A DNA stretch of 64,000 nucleotides from the human T2T-CHM13v2.0 reference genome, Homo sapiens. The stretch's first letter is position 1; each line of letters begins with the position of its first letter. The notes under the pieces were generated by a model that made no database searches, was not told the DNA's origin, and was given only the letters and a program-made list of their open reading frames with translations. The DNA lies in the NCBI RefSeq assembly GCF_009914755.1, contig NC_060930.1; one strand, 5' to 3'. The position numbers and the translations under genes are program-made. Below are positions 30,720-44,247 of this stretch, piece after piece.

Positions 30720-30916
30720 AGAGAACTGTGGAGAGAAGGGAAGATAGATAAATAGAGAGAGATGGAGGGAGGGAGGGAATAATGAGAAAGCTAGAAAGAG
30801 GAGAGAGAAAGGGAAGAGATGGAGAGAGAAAGAGGGAGGGAGGGAGAGAGGGAGAGGGAGGGAGGGAGAGAGGGAGAAAGGGAGATGTTGAGAGAGGGAG
30901 AGAGAGAGAGAGAGAG
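30720..30916 (+). repeat. GA-rich polypurine tract ending in (GA)n
   Basis: ~200 bp almost all G/A with GGGA/GAGA units. Confidence 0.9.
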
Positions 30917-31177
30917 GTGTTGGCAGCTCCTGGCAGCTCACAAGGAATCTAGCAAGTCACCAGAGGGAAGTTTGTGGTGCGTCTAAGAAAATAAAGGCAT
31001 GGGTAATTTCTCCAAAGTTCTGTAAGTTCTGTGTGGGACAGAATACAATTGAGTCACAGAACTTGGAGTATCCAAGCCAACCAAGCTGACATATATCTCA
31101 CTGTAAACCTGTTGGAGCTAAGCCAAGATCCACATTGTTGTCCTTCCTCAAATTTTTGCCTGAACACTACATGACAC

Positions 31178-32186
31178 TGTGAAAAGAAAATAAATCTTGA
31201 GACTCCAAAATCACTAAGCTAAAAGGAAAAATCAAGCTGGGAACTGCTTAGGGCAAACCTGCCTTCTGTTCCATTCGAAGTTATCCCTCTGAGGCTCACC
31301 CGAGACATATGCCTACCTGATTGCTTCCTCTGCCCTATCATTTATGTAAAAATGCAGATTCACTGAGCCAGAATAAATTGCGTATTCAGTGGAAGGCTGG
31401 TCAAGGACTCAAAAGAGTGCAATCCTTTGTCTCTTCTCTAATTCTAACTTGGAAGACCCCCCTTCCAGTTGCCCTGCCTTACCGAACTGAACCAATGTAC
31501 ACCTTACACATATTGATTGATGACTCATGTCTCCCTAAAATGTGTAAAAGCAAACTGTACCCCCAACCACATGAGCACTGTGAGAGTTAAAGAAAGAGGA
31601 AAGAAACACGAAATGCAGCTGGTAGTTAAAGACAGGTTTACTTTAGCTCAAACCTGAGAGGTTGTTCTGGCTATTTCGGTCAGGAGCGCTTACTCTTACG
31701 GACAAAGAGTATATATTGTTTTAGGGTGAGGGGGCTTATCACAAGCTTGGAATGTTTATGTGTGTGGAGAAGTTTATGGCGGGGCTGGAATCTCTCTGGG
31801 AGGATGGGAGATTATCTTGGGGCAGACGTCTTTCCAGCCCAGAGAGGGATTATCTCAGGGCTAGCATCTTCCCTGCCAGAGGGGGGTTTATCTTGGGGCT
31901 AGCATGTCTCTGGTTGGGGAGGAGTTTGGAATGTTTCTGGTTGGAAATATTATTTGTGCTTTATGGTCATGCTGACCTTAGCCATTAGGCTGATGCCCTT
32001 TGGATTTAGGCAGTTTTTTATTAAGGTAAACTTTAGAATGAGGGGCTTGTCCAAGAGGCGATGCTCCTGCTCTGTCAAGCACATGTCTCAGGACTTCCTG
32101 AGGCTGTGTCACAGGTGCATCCTTAACCTTGGCAAAATAAATTTTCTAAATTGACTGAGACCTGTCTCAGATATTTTGCATTGACA
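31178..32186 (+). mobile_element. MER4A-like solo LTR, interrupted by a MER61-like LTR
   Basis: tgtgaaaagaaaataaatcttgagactccaaaatcactaagc...gagacctgtctcagatattttgcattgaca; near-TSD acac/agac. Confidence 0.85.
31579..32077 (-). mobile_element. MER61-like solo LTR nested in MER4A
   Basis: Minus strand starts tgacagagcaggagcatcgcc; perfect flanking repeat agcac at 31574-31578 and 32078-32082. Confidence 0.85.
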
Positions 32187-32886
32187 AGACCTCGGTATCG
32201 TAACAAGTCCCTGGAAGGTGGATGTGGAGAATGCCTAGAAGGGACTGAAATCAGCATGATAAAATAGAGACAGAAATTAACTTGAGTTACAGAAAAATAA
32301 CTTGAGCTTGATACTGGATATTTAAACATCATTGTATATCTATAACGACTTTGTATTTAATCTGAAAAGTAACAGAGGACTCTTATACGAGCTTAAGTGC
32401 AAAAGTGTAACATCACATTTCTTATTAGAATACTGTTATGGAGAAGATATTAGAGGAGAAATATAGCAAAACATGTTCCCTGATGAGTAGAAAGATAGTA
32501 TTTATTATTAATTAACAAATTGATACTGTACTGTAAAAATCAATATCTCAATTCAACTCAAGCTCAGGATGCTTATTATTTTAACAAAATAACTTCAAGT
32601 TTCAGAATCATCAACCCTGAAAATCAGATTCTTACCCATCAGGACACTGCTAAAAAATGGATCTTCCAATAAACTCAACCTGACCAGCTGGCATAATTCT
32701 CTTAATAACTAAAGAGTTTTTAGAGACAGTGAAACCTCATCATCCATATAAGCTCTAGAAATTTAACACCTTTTAACTGTCCTACAGGGTATGAGGGGAT
32801 GGGAAATCAAAGGGGATGACAAACCAAAGTTGTGAGAGCAGCATTAGTAGAGAAAGAGGAAGCAGCACTTTTATAACTGTTACTAG

Positions 32887-33319
32887 TGTCAGGCCTATGA
32901 GCCCAAGCTAAGCCATCATATCCCCTGTGACCTGCATTTATATATCCAGATGGCCTGAAGCAAGTGAAGAATCACAAAAGAAGTGAAAATGGCCGGTTCC
33001 TGCCTTAACTGATGACATTCCACCATTGTGATTTGTTTCTGACCTACCTTAACTGAGCAATTAACCTTGTGAAATTCCTTCTCCTGGCTCAGAAGTTCCC
33101 CCACTGAGCACCTTGTGACCCCCGCCCCTGCCCGCAAGAGAACAACCCCCCTTTGACTGTAATTTTCCACTACCTACCCAAATCCTATAAAACGGCCACA
33201 CCCCTATCTCTCTTCACTGACTCTTTTCGGACTCAGCCGGCCTGTACCCAGGTGATTAGAAAGCTTTATTGCTCACACAAAGCCTGTTTGGTGGTATCTT
33301 CACATGGATGCATGTGAAA
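32887..33319 (+). mobile_element. HERV-H solo LTR (LTR7 family)
   Basis: tgtcaggcctatgagcccaagctaagccatc...catgtgaaa; perfect 5-bp TSD actag at 32882-32886 and 33320-33324; TATAAA at 33186. Confidence 0.95.
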
Positions 33320-33489
33320 ACTAGCATCTTAGGAACATAGCTATGGCTTTATCTTATCTCCTACCCAAATTCTAAGAGTTAATAAATATGCAATAAAATT
33401 TCAAAACGCTAAGAAAATAGGCACCCTAATAATATCCATCTAGATTACAGATAATGATACAGAATTAACAATGGTGTCCTTCTTTCCTT

Positions 33490-35270
33490 CTTCTCTCCTT
33501 CCTTCCTTCCTTAAATATTTATGTGCCAGGTACTTTTCTAGGGACCAGGAAAATAAAAGTCTCTGTTCTCATACAGGCTTATGTTAAACTTCAAGAAACA
33601 GATAATAAATATATGCATACATTCATATGTGTTATATCAGGTTGTAAGAAGTGTTCTGAAGAAAAATCAGGAAAGGAGATAGAGTGATTCAGGGGTAGAG
33701 TTGCAATTTTAAATAAAATGGTTGATGGTAGTGACATGAGAGAGTGATCGATGATCTGCAAAAAGAGTATGCAAAGCGAATGAGAGTATAAAAGTAATGA
33801 AGCAGGAGCATGCCTGTCATATGTGAAGAATCAGGTAGGTGACACATGTGGCTAGATTACAGAGCATTAGATGAGATCACAGTGGCAACTGAGATACCAT
33901 GCCAGATAGGGCCTTTAGGTCATTATGAGGTTTTTGACATCCACTCCAAATGGGGAAGAAAGATATTGATGTATTATTATGTGCAAATTTATAATATCTT
34001 ATATTTTCAAAGAATCACTCTATGAAGTAGGGAAAGACAGGAATCAAGATTAAGTCTAATGTCATGCCCCCACCTCTCTTCCACCAACAACTGGAACAAT
34101 GACATTGACAGAGACAGTGATGACTGGGAAGTTGTGTGTTTGAGGTAAAGATCCGGAGTTTGGAGTTTAGCATGTTATGCTTGAGATTTCCATTGACCAG
34201 CCAAATGAAAATGTCTAGGAGGTAGTTGGACAAATATTTTGAAGTTAGAGGAGAAGTCTCAGCTGGAGAAAAAACTGCTTCAATGTTTGCATCTAGATAA
34301 TATTCAGTGCCATGAAACTGGACGAGATCACCTAGGGAATGAGTTCAATTAAAGAAGAGAAGAGGTCTGAAAATTGAACCTAGTCACACTAATTAAGCAG
34401 TGTAGAGATGGAAAGAACCAGTAAAGGAAAAATGGGCCAGTTATTTAAGAGGAAAATGAAATAGTTTGGTGTTCTTTAAGACGTATGAAGAAAGTGTGGA
34501 AATTATTAGTTATGCCAAATGCTGCTGGTTAGTCAAATAAATCTAGAATTTAGAATTGGATTTAAAAGTTTATTTGTGGCCTACACAATACTTTCGGTGG
34601 GTGGGAGCTAAAACCTGAGTGTGGTAATTTTAAAAGAGAATGGGGGGAGAGGGACTGTAAACACTTTCTCAATACTTGCTGAAAAAAGGAGGTGAAATTT
34701 GTTGCAGTATCTGGAAGAAGATTTGGGATTAAAATGGAAATATGTACAACATGTTGCATGGTGATTGGGCTGGTTGAGTAGATTAGAAAAAGTTGGTAAC
34801 ATGGCATACAGATGGGAGAGTTTCCAGAGCTACGTTCTTGAGTAGATGGGGTAGAAATAGATTTGGGGCACAAGTGAAGGGGTTGCCTGAGGTATAAGCA
34901 TTGCTAACTTATTAACAATAGCATCGGGAAGGGCAAAGTATAAGGTCTCAGATGCAGGTTAGTAGATTGATATAGAGGTCAGTGCTGGTGGACATTTTCT
35001 CTGATTGCTTCTATTTTCTCTGTGGAATGCTTGTGGGCAAAAAGGTGTGGGACATTTAAGGCAAGCAAAGGGATGAAACAGTATTCCCAGACTTGAAGTC
35101 AGCAGCTAGAGTGAAGTGAGTCAGCTGGCTGTGTGTTTTTCTTCAACCAGAGCAGTTAGAGAAATGAATTATCCAGATTTGAAGTTTGGGCAAAATAGAG
35201 ACAAATGAATTTAGGAATTGGCAAGAGTGTAATTTTAATGATGAACCATAGACCTTAAACTTGGTAAGGA
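33490..35270 (-). mobile_element. L2, long and fragmented
   Basis: aaatatttatgtgccaggtac; ggacgagatcacctaggga; ccaaatgctgctggttagtcaaataa. Confidence 0.75.
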
Positions 35271-35276
35271 GGAATC

Positions 35277-35820
35277 TGTCAAAGAAAACTTGCAGTTGAG
35301 AGAGTTACACAGCCAAGGACAACTTTATTCAAGACAATTGTACGAGGGAGAGAGATGGAAATCAACTCCACCAAAACAGAAGGTGGGAGTGTTTTTAAGT
35401 GTAGGGTGAGCTGGAGGATATTATTGGGGAGGTTGGTCAATTGGGTGTGTCTAGCATGTTGAATGAGTCACTTCTGAATTTGCAAATGTTTTTCTTTGTG
35501 ATTAGGCTATTTGTGTTTGCTAATTGGCACTTAGCAAGTTAGGCTGCTATCTTTCCAGAGGCTGAAAGAGAAGAAAGCTACCTTCCTTGATGATTACATT
35601 TCAAAGGGATGACTCCCAGGTCCTTGAGAGAGACATTACTGGTTTATAAAATGGGCAGGAGGTTGGGAGCTGTGTCTACACTTTAAAGAGGCAGATAAAT
35701 AATTTGCAATTACAAGCTTTTTAAAGTAAGTACTCTAAGGAAAGGAAGGTTTCTGGCCTATGGTTAGGAGGAAATTTGTCTAAAGTTTAGTCAAGCCAAG
35801 GGGGATAGTTAAGACTTGGT
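35277..35820 (-). mobile_element. MER67/MER31-like LTR (ERV1)
   Basis: tgtcaaagaaaa...ctttattcaagac; tcccaggtccttgagagagaca; gtctaaagtttagtcaagc. Confidence 0.7.
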
Positions 35821-36199
35821 GTGAAGCCAGTAGAGGTGATGGTGAGAGACATGAATATAACAGAAGAAATGGGTTACAGGTTCCTATCTGGTCAACTAAT
35901 TTTAGGTATTGCCATATTGGTGGGAGTTAATCGGGAATACAGGTTTTAGAAAGTAATATTTTCTCTATTCTGCAGAAGGAAGCTTTTCTTCTCCTGGAAG
36001 GAAAAAATTTTGGCATATTAGAAACAAAACTGAGTTACATAAAAAGCAACCTGACATTTGTTTTCAGAGTTACTATTGACACTTTTTATATTTGAGTGAT
36101 TCATTAGAAGCAAGTATTATAAATAAATTAACTTTGTAAATTGTGCCATAATGAATAAACCTCCACAAATAAGGGAATGTAATAACCATCTTGTGTATA

Positions 36200-36410
36200 T
36201 ACACTATATATCGATAGATGCTATGTATTTTCTCAAGGATTATTTTACTTAATCTTCACAACAGTTACAATCGAGTTAGAATTAGTCTATATTTTATGAA
36301 TGAAGAAAGTAAATCTGACACAGTTTTTAAAAAATTGTCTAAATAATAATCCAACTCAGTCTACTTCAGTATTGATGAAGCCCGCTTTATTGTCATTGTC
36401 ACTATGCCAT
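36200..36410 (-). mobile_element. MIR fragment
   Basis: ttaatcttcacaaca...attttatgaatgaagaaa. Confidence 0.55.
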
Positions 36411-37924
36411 ATGTAACTGTAATTGTAAGGCAAAATGAGTTTTACAAAAATAGCAGACTAAACTTATTGAAAAGTTTGTTTTCTCTAGTGTAATCACTTC
36501 CATATTAAACTTTTTCAAATATAAATTTTCTTAATAAGAATTTTATGTCAAAACAGCTATTGGATAGGTTCTTTTTACTTCAGGTAGGGACACTGCCAAC
36601 ATCCTGTAGGGGAATTTTTTTAATACAGGCACAATGAATAGTGATTTCCAGCTGTGAACTAAAGAGTTTCTCAGTAAGAATCTAACAGGTTTGCTGAAAT
36701 ATCTTTTAATTTGAAGCCCCATAATTTAATAAAGTTGGTTTCTTTAATATGCAATTTAGATCCTCTTAAAGCATTTTTCCATCCACTTCTAAAGATGATA
36801 TATTGAGGTTACTTTCATTTTAATGATGCACTCTAAATCCACTTAATACATGTAGAGAAAAAATGCTTTTAGACTGACCTTAAGGTAGAAATTCCTTTGA
36901 AGTAAAAACTGTATTTCTCCATTTCAATTTCATAGCAATGGCCAGTTTAAAGTGTTTCATTGGTATGAATATTCTCTTACAGGATTCTGGTAATATTAGA
37001 TTTGAAAATATAAAAAAAAGTCAATGTGCTTTAACTACAAATCAATTTTAAGGGTCTGTCTTCAATATCAAATACCTTTCCAATTCAAATTACTTTGTTT
37101 TCTATAAGCACTGTGTAAATACAAGAGATGAATCATATCAAAAAATCAAATTGGTTGGCTCGGCTCTAGCTATTGATTATTGGAGAATAAAATAATGTCA
37201 ATGGCATAGCTGAGCTTCAGACAATTACAAAAATAAAGTTAATTGATGCTTAGACATCCAAAATCACATTTATTAAATCATGCACAAGCCTTCTCTTTTA
37301 GTTTAAAGGGTGCAATGAGTTATTTTTTATGCTATGAAGATTGCCAGAGTTTAAGGATGTGGTTGACAGTTCTTAAAAAATAATATGAATTGCATGGATC
37401 TGTTCGATACATTTAAGAAGGAGAATAAACATTAAATTTGCAGATCAACTGATCCTTTGATATGTGTTCCCACTTCCTGCATCAGAGAACATTGTCTTCA
37501 TTGCTATAGGCTAGTTAGTAGAGCAGTTGTCTGGCTAACATCTTGTGGGGACTCACACTGACATGATTGTGGCATACACCATTATAATTCTCCTCATTTT
37601 ACTTACTGTTTTTTAAAAAGGTGAGGAAAAAAATGCTCTGACAAATTGCCACTACTCTGTGGGGATTTTATATAAGAACTTGAAATGATGTTTGCCAAGT
37701 CCAAAGCACTAGGTAAATAAGCAGAGATACATGGAACATCACTGAGAGAAGACTCAAAAAGGTTTTCATAACTTTATAGTTCTGTGCTGACTTAAAAAAT
37801 ACTGACATTGATATTTAACATAATTTCCTGAAGTAATTATTTTTGCCTATATCTTTATTTTGAAGTAAAATATTATAAATAGGAAATATTACATAGAATA
37901 AATAACAGTGAAATTGTGTATACT

Positions 37925-38235
37925 CCAACATTTCCTGAATCATCTTCTCTATATGATGCCAGTGTGTAGCTGGCCACAAGAGAAATTTGCATGAGATTTG
38001 GACCAGTGAAACAGGAGCAATCAGTCCCTAAAGATCATCACAGTTACAGGCAGTGAAAGACAAATTGGAGATACCTGTGGGTCCCAATTTATCCTCACTC
38101 ATTTCTGAATTCTGCTCTTCTTCCTAACCATTGGCCCACCTAAACCATAATCTCCTGGGCCTACCAGTGCATGCTTGGCTAAAAATTCACAGTGGATATA
38201 GCTGTGGAGAGGCAATCAGCCTTCCACAGACTCAA
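37925..38235. mobile_element. Ancient ERVL-type LTR fragment, family uncertain
   Basis: ggccacaagagaaatttgcatgagatttgga resembles old ERVL LTRs; weak. Confidence 0.35.
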
Positions 38236-38309
38236 TAAACTCAATACAAGTATTTGTTAATTCTTACTCACTACTTACCTTCTTTTCCTTACTTCCTTTC
38301 TTTTTCCTT

Positions 38310-38404
38310 CTTATTAGAAAGTAGGCACAATGAGAGCAGAGACTTAGTTTATCTTGTTTCTCTAACATACCTTCTATACCTGCAACATATTGCCTATTTC
38401 TGGT

Positions 38405-38453
<49 letters not shown>

Positions 38454-38472
38454 GTGTTGAATGAATGGAATA
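38310..38472 (+). mobile_element. L2 3' end with expanded A/(TA)n microsatellite at 38405-38452
   Basis: atgagagcagagacttagtttatcttgtt...tgttgaatgaatggaat. Confidence 0.7.
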
Positions 38473-40321
38473 AGTACTATTAGCAACAAAGTGATTTAAT
38501 AATCAAATTCTTAAGACCATATATTTTCCTAATGAACATTCTGATTAAGTATTGAATCTGAGTTCTCCACCAGCTTAATCAGTCTCCCTATAGTTAGCTG
38601 TAACCCAGTGTTGTGTGAACATGATACAATTTGCCTTCATTTGCATAACTGTTTATTGCCTCCTAAAAGTAATCAATAATGTGATTCTGTAAATGATCAT
38701 GAATCTGAAATAATATATAAAATACCAAATTTAAATTAAGCTGTTACTATGGTTATAAATATTTTCTCTGTTTTCTTTGTAAAATATTTGGTTTTCTTAA
38801 AATCCTCGCTCTTTAGGCCATTTAGCAACCAGATGTTAGCCGGCTTTAGAAATACTTTATATCAGGAAAGACATTTAATCTGGACATTGCATTTATTAAT
38901 GGCATTGTTTAGTATTGAAAAAGCTTAAAATATTGATTATTTACTTTTATCCTAAAATGTCATTCTGTTTCAGTCCAAATGGTTGATTTAAAAAAAATAG
39001 GAATATTTTATTTGTCAGAGGAGTTAACTCTTTCTTCTGTAAGGCACATCAGAAGTAGTATTACCTTTTTATTTGAGGTCAAGGATATTGACATAACAAT
39101 TAGTAAAATGCTAGAGAAAATAAGCACAATGAAAGAATATTAAAATTCAGGACACAGTAGTTTATCAATAATCATCGTTTGTTGATGGCTATTGTAGTGA
39201 ACCAGAAACTCCTAATCCAGACATTTTTAAAATGATAGAACAAGTTGGACACATGAAACTTCAGCATAGCAGCTGTATGACATTAGTTCATTTGCTACAA
39301 ATCTCTCCAAGCTTGTTTTCTCAGACTTTTACAATATACACTAATAATTACATTCATGCTTGTTGAGAGATTATTTAAAAATTTATAAGGTATAAATTAT
39401 GAGCATAAAAGATAATATAAGCACTGGAGATATCAATATTATTAATAATAATAATCATTGATCCCACTGACTCTGTAACTCTTTTCCAAGCATCAGCCCA
39501 TTTTTATCATTTACTTGTAGTCACTCTGCCATATGTGGATCAGCTGCAAATTATCTCCTTTTACTTCCTATATTTTACTGAACACTTTATGTTCAAATGA
39601 AAAATTTGTAAAAAAGAATTACCTAGCTCTATTAGTCATAAAATCAACATAGACCAATGAACCTCAGGTACTAACCCTCACTTATCTGATTCACTGGGAC
39701 ACCAAAAAGGTCCTTTTCCAGAAGGACAATATTGTAAGTGTGAGCATGTTGAAACTCTGTATTACAATCAATCTTTAAATGCAAACGTTTTCTACCTGAA
39801 AGAAGGCCTGTGTTTGCCTTCCCTTCATCTCAAATTTAATTGTATGCCAAGAGCATTTTGTTCCATTGAGTTAACCTTGTACAAGAGAATAATATTTCAG
39901 CATTTTTATCCATGTATTTTCTTTTACTACTATAAAATTTTCCTCTTTGCCTTGCAGCTCTTTCATTAGAAACAAACAGGTTAAAATGTTTTGCTCCAGT
40001 GGAAATAATACAGAAAATAATCTTAGTGTTTGTTTCAAATTATTGGCTCTGAGTTCCAAAATATGCCTTCAATGTTTACAACACAAACAATAGCCCTGAA
40101 AAAAAAATTAAGAGTGATAAGAATTTATGTAACTAAAGATCCAGAACCTGGAGAACTCGCAGCATGAAGTTTATGCTATAAACTTGAGTAGGATGAATGA
40201 AGGATGCATTGGTACGTGTACAAACAGCTGCTGGAAAAAAATAGACACAAAAGGTATAAAGGCCTAAGCACACTAGAAGTGTATTACTAGCTCACCTAAC
40301 TATTCAAGATGGGTATTCCTG

Positions 40322-41412
40322 TTTTAATCCATATTTCAGCTAACCAAGCAAATAAACTATTAGAACCTTTTTTAACTCCCCAGATGCAACATCAAATGTA
40401 GAGTAGCTACTTAGTGGGCCCAAATTAATAAATTCAGCTTGATCCAACTCTGTGTTCCTTCCACCATTATCCCACACCCTTAATATCCATTCCCACGCCT
40501 GTTCTCCAGTTTTCTGTTTACATAAATTAGAAAACTCAAGCAGTTATTTCTGAGTGTAGTGCACCTCCTCATGGGTCATACTCTCAGCCTCACCTCTATG
40601 GGCCCACCAGGACTTTAGTCTAGCTATAGGACTGGAAGCAAACAGGGGTGTTGGCTTCCTGAGGAGAATCAACATTATCTTGCCTGGAAACTGCCTCGGG
40701 GAGGCCATCACCATTGCCTCAGGCAGCACAGGGTTTATCTCCTCAAAGGTGGAAGGGCTGATGGCAGCATGGGTGGGGGAGGGGATGTTGCCACTATGGG
40801 GACGGGAAAGGTGTTTCCCACACCTCCCCATTCCAAGTTGCAGGGTCCCATTCTTTTCCAACAAATGCCCTCCTTTAACAGTAGACATCTGGTGAGGTTG
40901 GGCATGCACCTTTCGTTGCAGGTCGGCCACTCACACGATAAGAACTTGTGTCTATTTTTCCACAATTTCAGCTCTTTCTCTACAGGAGATAAGACTCTCA
41001 GCTCAATCTTAGCAGATTTGGGGCTCAGTATTTGCTTCTGAAGCTGGGAGATAGGATCCCTGAGTTCATCATTTTCTTTCATCACTTTGTCCACTGAACT
41101 TAGGAGCAACCAACCAGCAGCATTATGTTCCCGGTTCTCCGCATAGGGTCAAAGGTATTATGCATAGAGTCAGTAAACCCTTTGCTTCTCATGAGTGATG
41201 AACCATGAGTGTCAAATGCATTTATTTTGCATAACTTTCTAAACAGTTCATGCCAAGGACTATCAGGGTTCTCCATAGTATTAGAAGTAGAGTCCTTAGC
41301 AATTTGAGGTCTAATCATATTAAGCAGCCAACTCCAGAAACCCCCAAACCAATGAAATAACTCCATCCTTAATATTCTGTTCCTCTAGAACCACTCCTGG
41401 TACCAAAATATC
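40322..41412 (-). pseudogene. HERVL internal 5' part (PBS plus truncated gag)
   Basis: PBS tggtaccaggagtgg (minus, 41391-41405); gag N-terminus GFWSWLLNMIRP...DSPWHELF in ORF 41100-41366; frameshifted; ends abruptly at 40322. Confidence 0.9.
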
Positions 41413-41825
41413 TATATTAGTCAGGGTTCTCTAGAGGGACAGAACTAATGGAAAGTATATACATATGAGTTTATTAAGAGTTAACTCACACAATCGCAAG
41501 GTCCCACAATAGGCCATCAGCAGGCTGGGAAGCAAAAAGGGCCAGTCCTAGTTCCAAAACTGAAGAACTTGGAGTTCAATTTTTGAGGGCAGGAAGCATC
41601 CAGCATGGGAGAAAGATGTAGGCTGGGAGGCTAGGTCAGTCTCTCTTCCTACATTTTTCTGCCTGCTTATATTCTAGCTACACTGGCAGCTGATTACATT
41701 GTGCCCACCCAGATTAAATGACTCAAATGTTAACTTCCTTTGGCAATACCCTCACAGACACACCCAGGATCAATACTTTGTATCCTTTAATCCAATCAGG
41801 TTGACACTCAGTATTAACCATCACA
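41413..41825 (-). mobile_element. MLT2A1-like 5' LTR of HERVL
   Basis: tattagtcagggttctctagagggacagaac...gacactcagtattaaccatcaca. Confidence 0.92.
41788..41798 (+). promoter_or_regulatory. DUX4-type motif TAATCCAATCA in MLT2A1
   Basis: Matches TAAYYBAATCA; function not shown. Confidence 0.55.
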
Positions 41826-42055
41826 ATAAGCTATTTATTACTGATTCAACTTTGGGGCTCATTATTTGTCTGTACAGGGATTCAATTTATTCCTGGCTCA
41901 GCCTCTTCACATTATTTATGTGTTGCGTTATTTTGTGTTACGTTGATAAAACTGTCTCCAATCCACAGTGGCGATCCGTTTGGAAACAGCACTGCACTGA
42001 CATTAGGAAACAGTTTCTGAAGAGACATCTGATTTTTAAAAATGTTTTAAAAATT

Positions 42056-42425
<370 letters not shown>

Positions 42426-42539
42426 TCAATAGTTTTATTTTATTATTTTAATTTTGTAACAACAAACATTTATTAAGACACTACTGTGTATCTATTACTT
42501 GGGAAGCTGCTAGGATAAAATGGAAAAACAAAAGCGAAT

Positions 42540-42720
42540 TGGAGCCAGATTAGGTCTAGATTTGAATCAACTCTTCACCACTTGCTACTTGTGCCTTTGG
42601 ATATACGTCACCTAACCTCTCGAACTTCAGTGGTCTCACTTGCACAATTAGAACAACAATTACTTCACAGACTAGCTGTGTGGATTCAGTAAATCCATGC
42701 ATAGGAACATGTCTAATTGG
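42540..42720 (+). mobile_element. MIR
   Basis: caccacttgctacttgtgcctttgg...tcacctaacctctcgaacttcagt. Confidence 0.65.
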
Positions 42721-42724
42721 TGCT

Positions 42725-43160
42725 TACAGCAGGCTGAATAATGACCCCCAAAGACACAAGGTTCTAATTCCTGAAAACTGTCATGAAAAAAAGATATTTA
42801 TAGATGTCATTAAGAATCTTGAAATGGGAAGATTATCCTGGGTGGGACATAAATGCAATCACAAGTGCCCTTTTAAGAAAAAGGCAGATGGAGATTTGAA
42901 TCGACAAAGGATACAGCAATGTGACCAACAGAAGCAGACAATGGAGTCATGGGGCCACTAGTTAAGGAATGTCAGCAATTACTAGAAGCTGGAAGAGCCA
43001 AAAAATGACTTCTCTAGAGCCTCCAACAGGAATGAAGCCCTGTCAACACCTTGATTTCCAGTGAAACTGATTTTAGACTTCAGGAGTTGAGAACTGTGAA
43101 AGAATATATTTCTGTTGTTTCAAACCTCCAAGTTTGTTGTAATTTGTTTAGGAAAGAAAA
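42725..43160 (+). mobile_element. MLT1 (C/D-like) MaLR LTR
   Basis: gcaggctgaataatgaccccc...gaatcttgaaatgggaagattatcctgg...agaactgtgaaagaata. Confidence 0.8.
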
Positions 43161-43823
43161 GACACAGGAAATAATATAGTGTTAGTTAATTTGCTTTTGT
43201 GTCTTGTTTTTAATCTAAATTGTGTTTTTAATATGGCAAAAATGCAAAGAATCTAAATAGGTGTAAAATGAAAGGTAATTCTCCTTTCCACACATTGTCC
43301 CTCAGTCCCCCTCCACAAAGGCAACCATTTTTACAAATTTTTTATGTGTTCCTCAAAGATATTCTATACATAGACAAACATGCATCAGAAAGAACTTTGT
43401 AAAAAGTTCATCCCATATAAATGGTATTTCAAAAGTCTACTTTCTTGAAAGCACATACAATGCTTTTCTATTTGAGACCAATCTATAGTACAGAATCTTC
43501 AGACTTGGAGTCAGGCACAATATAAGAAAAACCCAATGACAAGAGCAAGACTTCAAAGGAGCCACAATAAAGATGGCAAAGACATTTTATTGTTCATTAA
43601 ATTTTTTATAGAAAAGTAAACAGAGAAGAATAGAGTCTCAATGCAGTAAGTTCCAAGGCTTGAGGCTGGAACTAGTTAGACAATTAAGTGACATGCAACT
43701 GGTCTGTGCTATGATGTATCATGTCAAGATATATCAAATAAATTTAAGTAATTATTTTGTCCACAGTTGAATGGAATCTAAAAAGAGGTGAAGTTGTAGG
43801 CTGATTAAGAAAGGAACAACATA

Positions 43824-44247
<424 letters not shown>

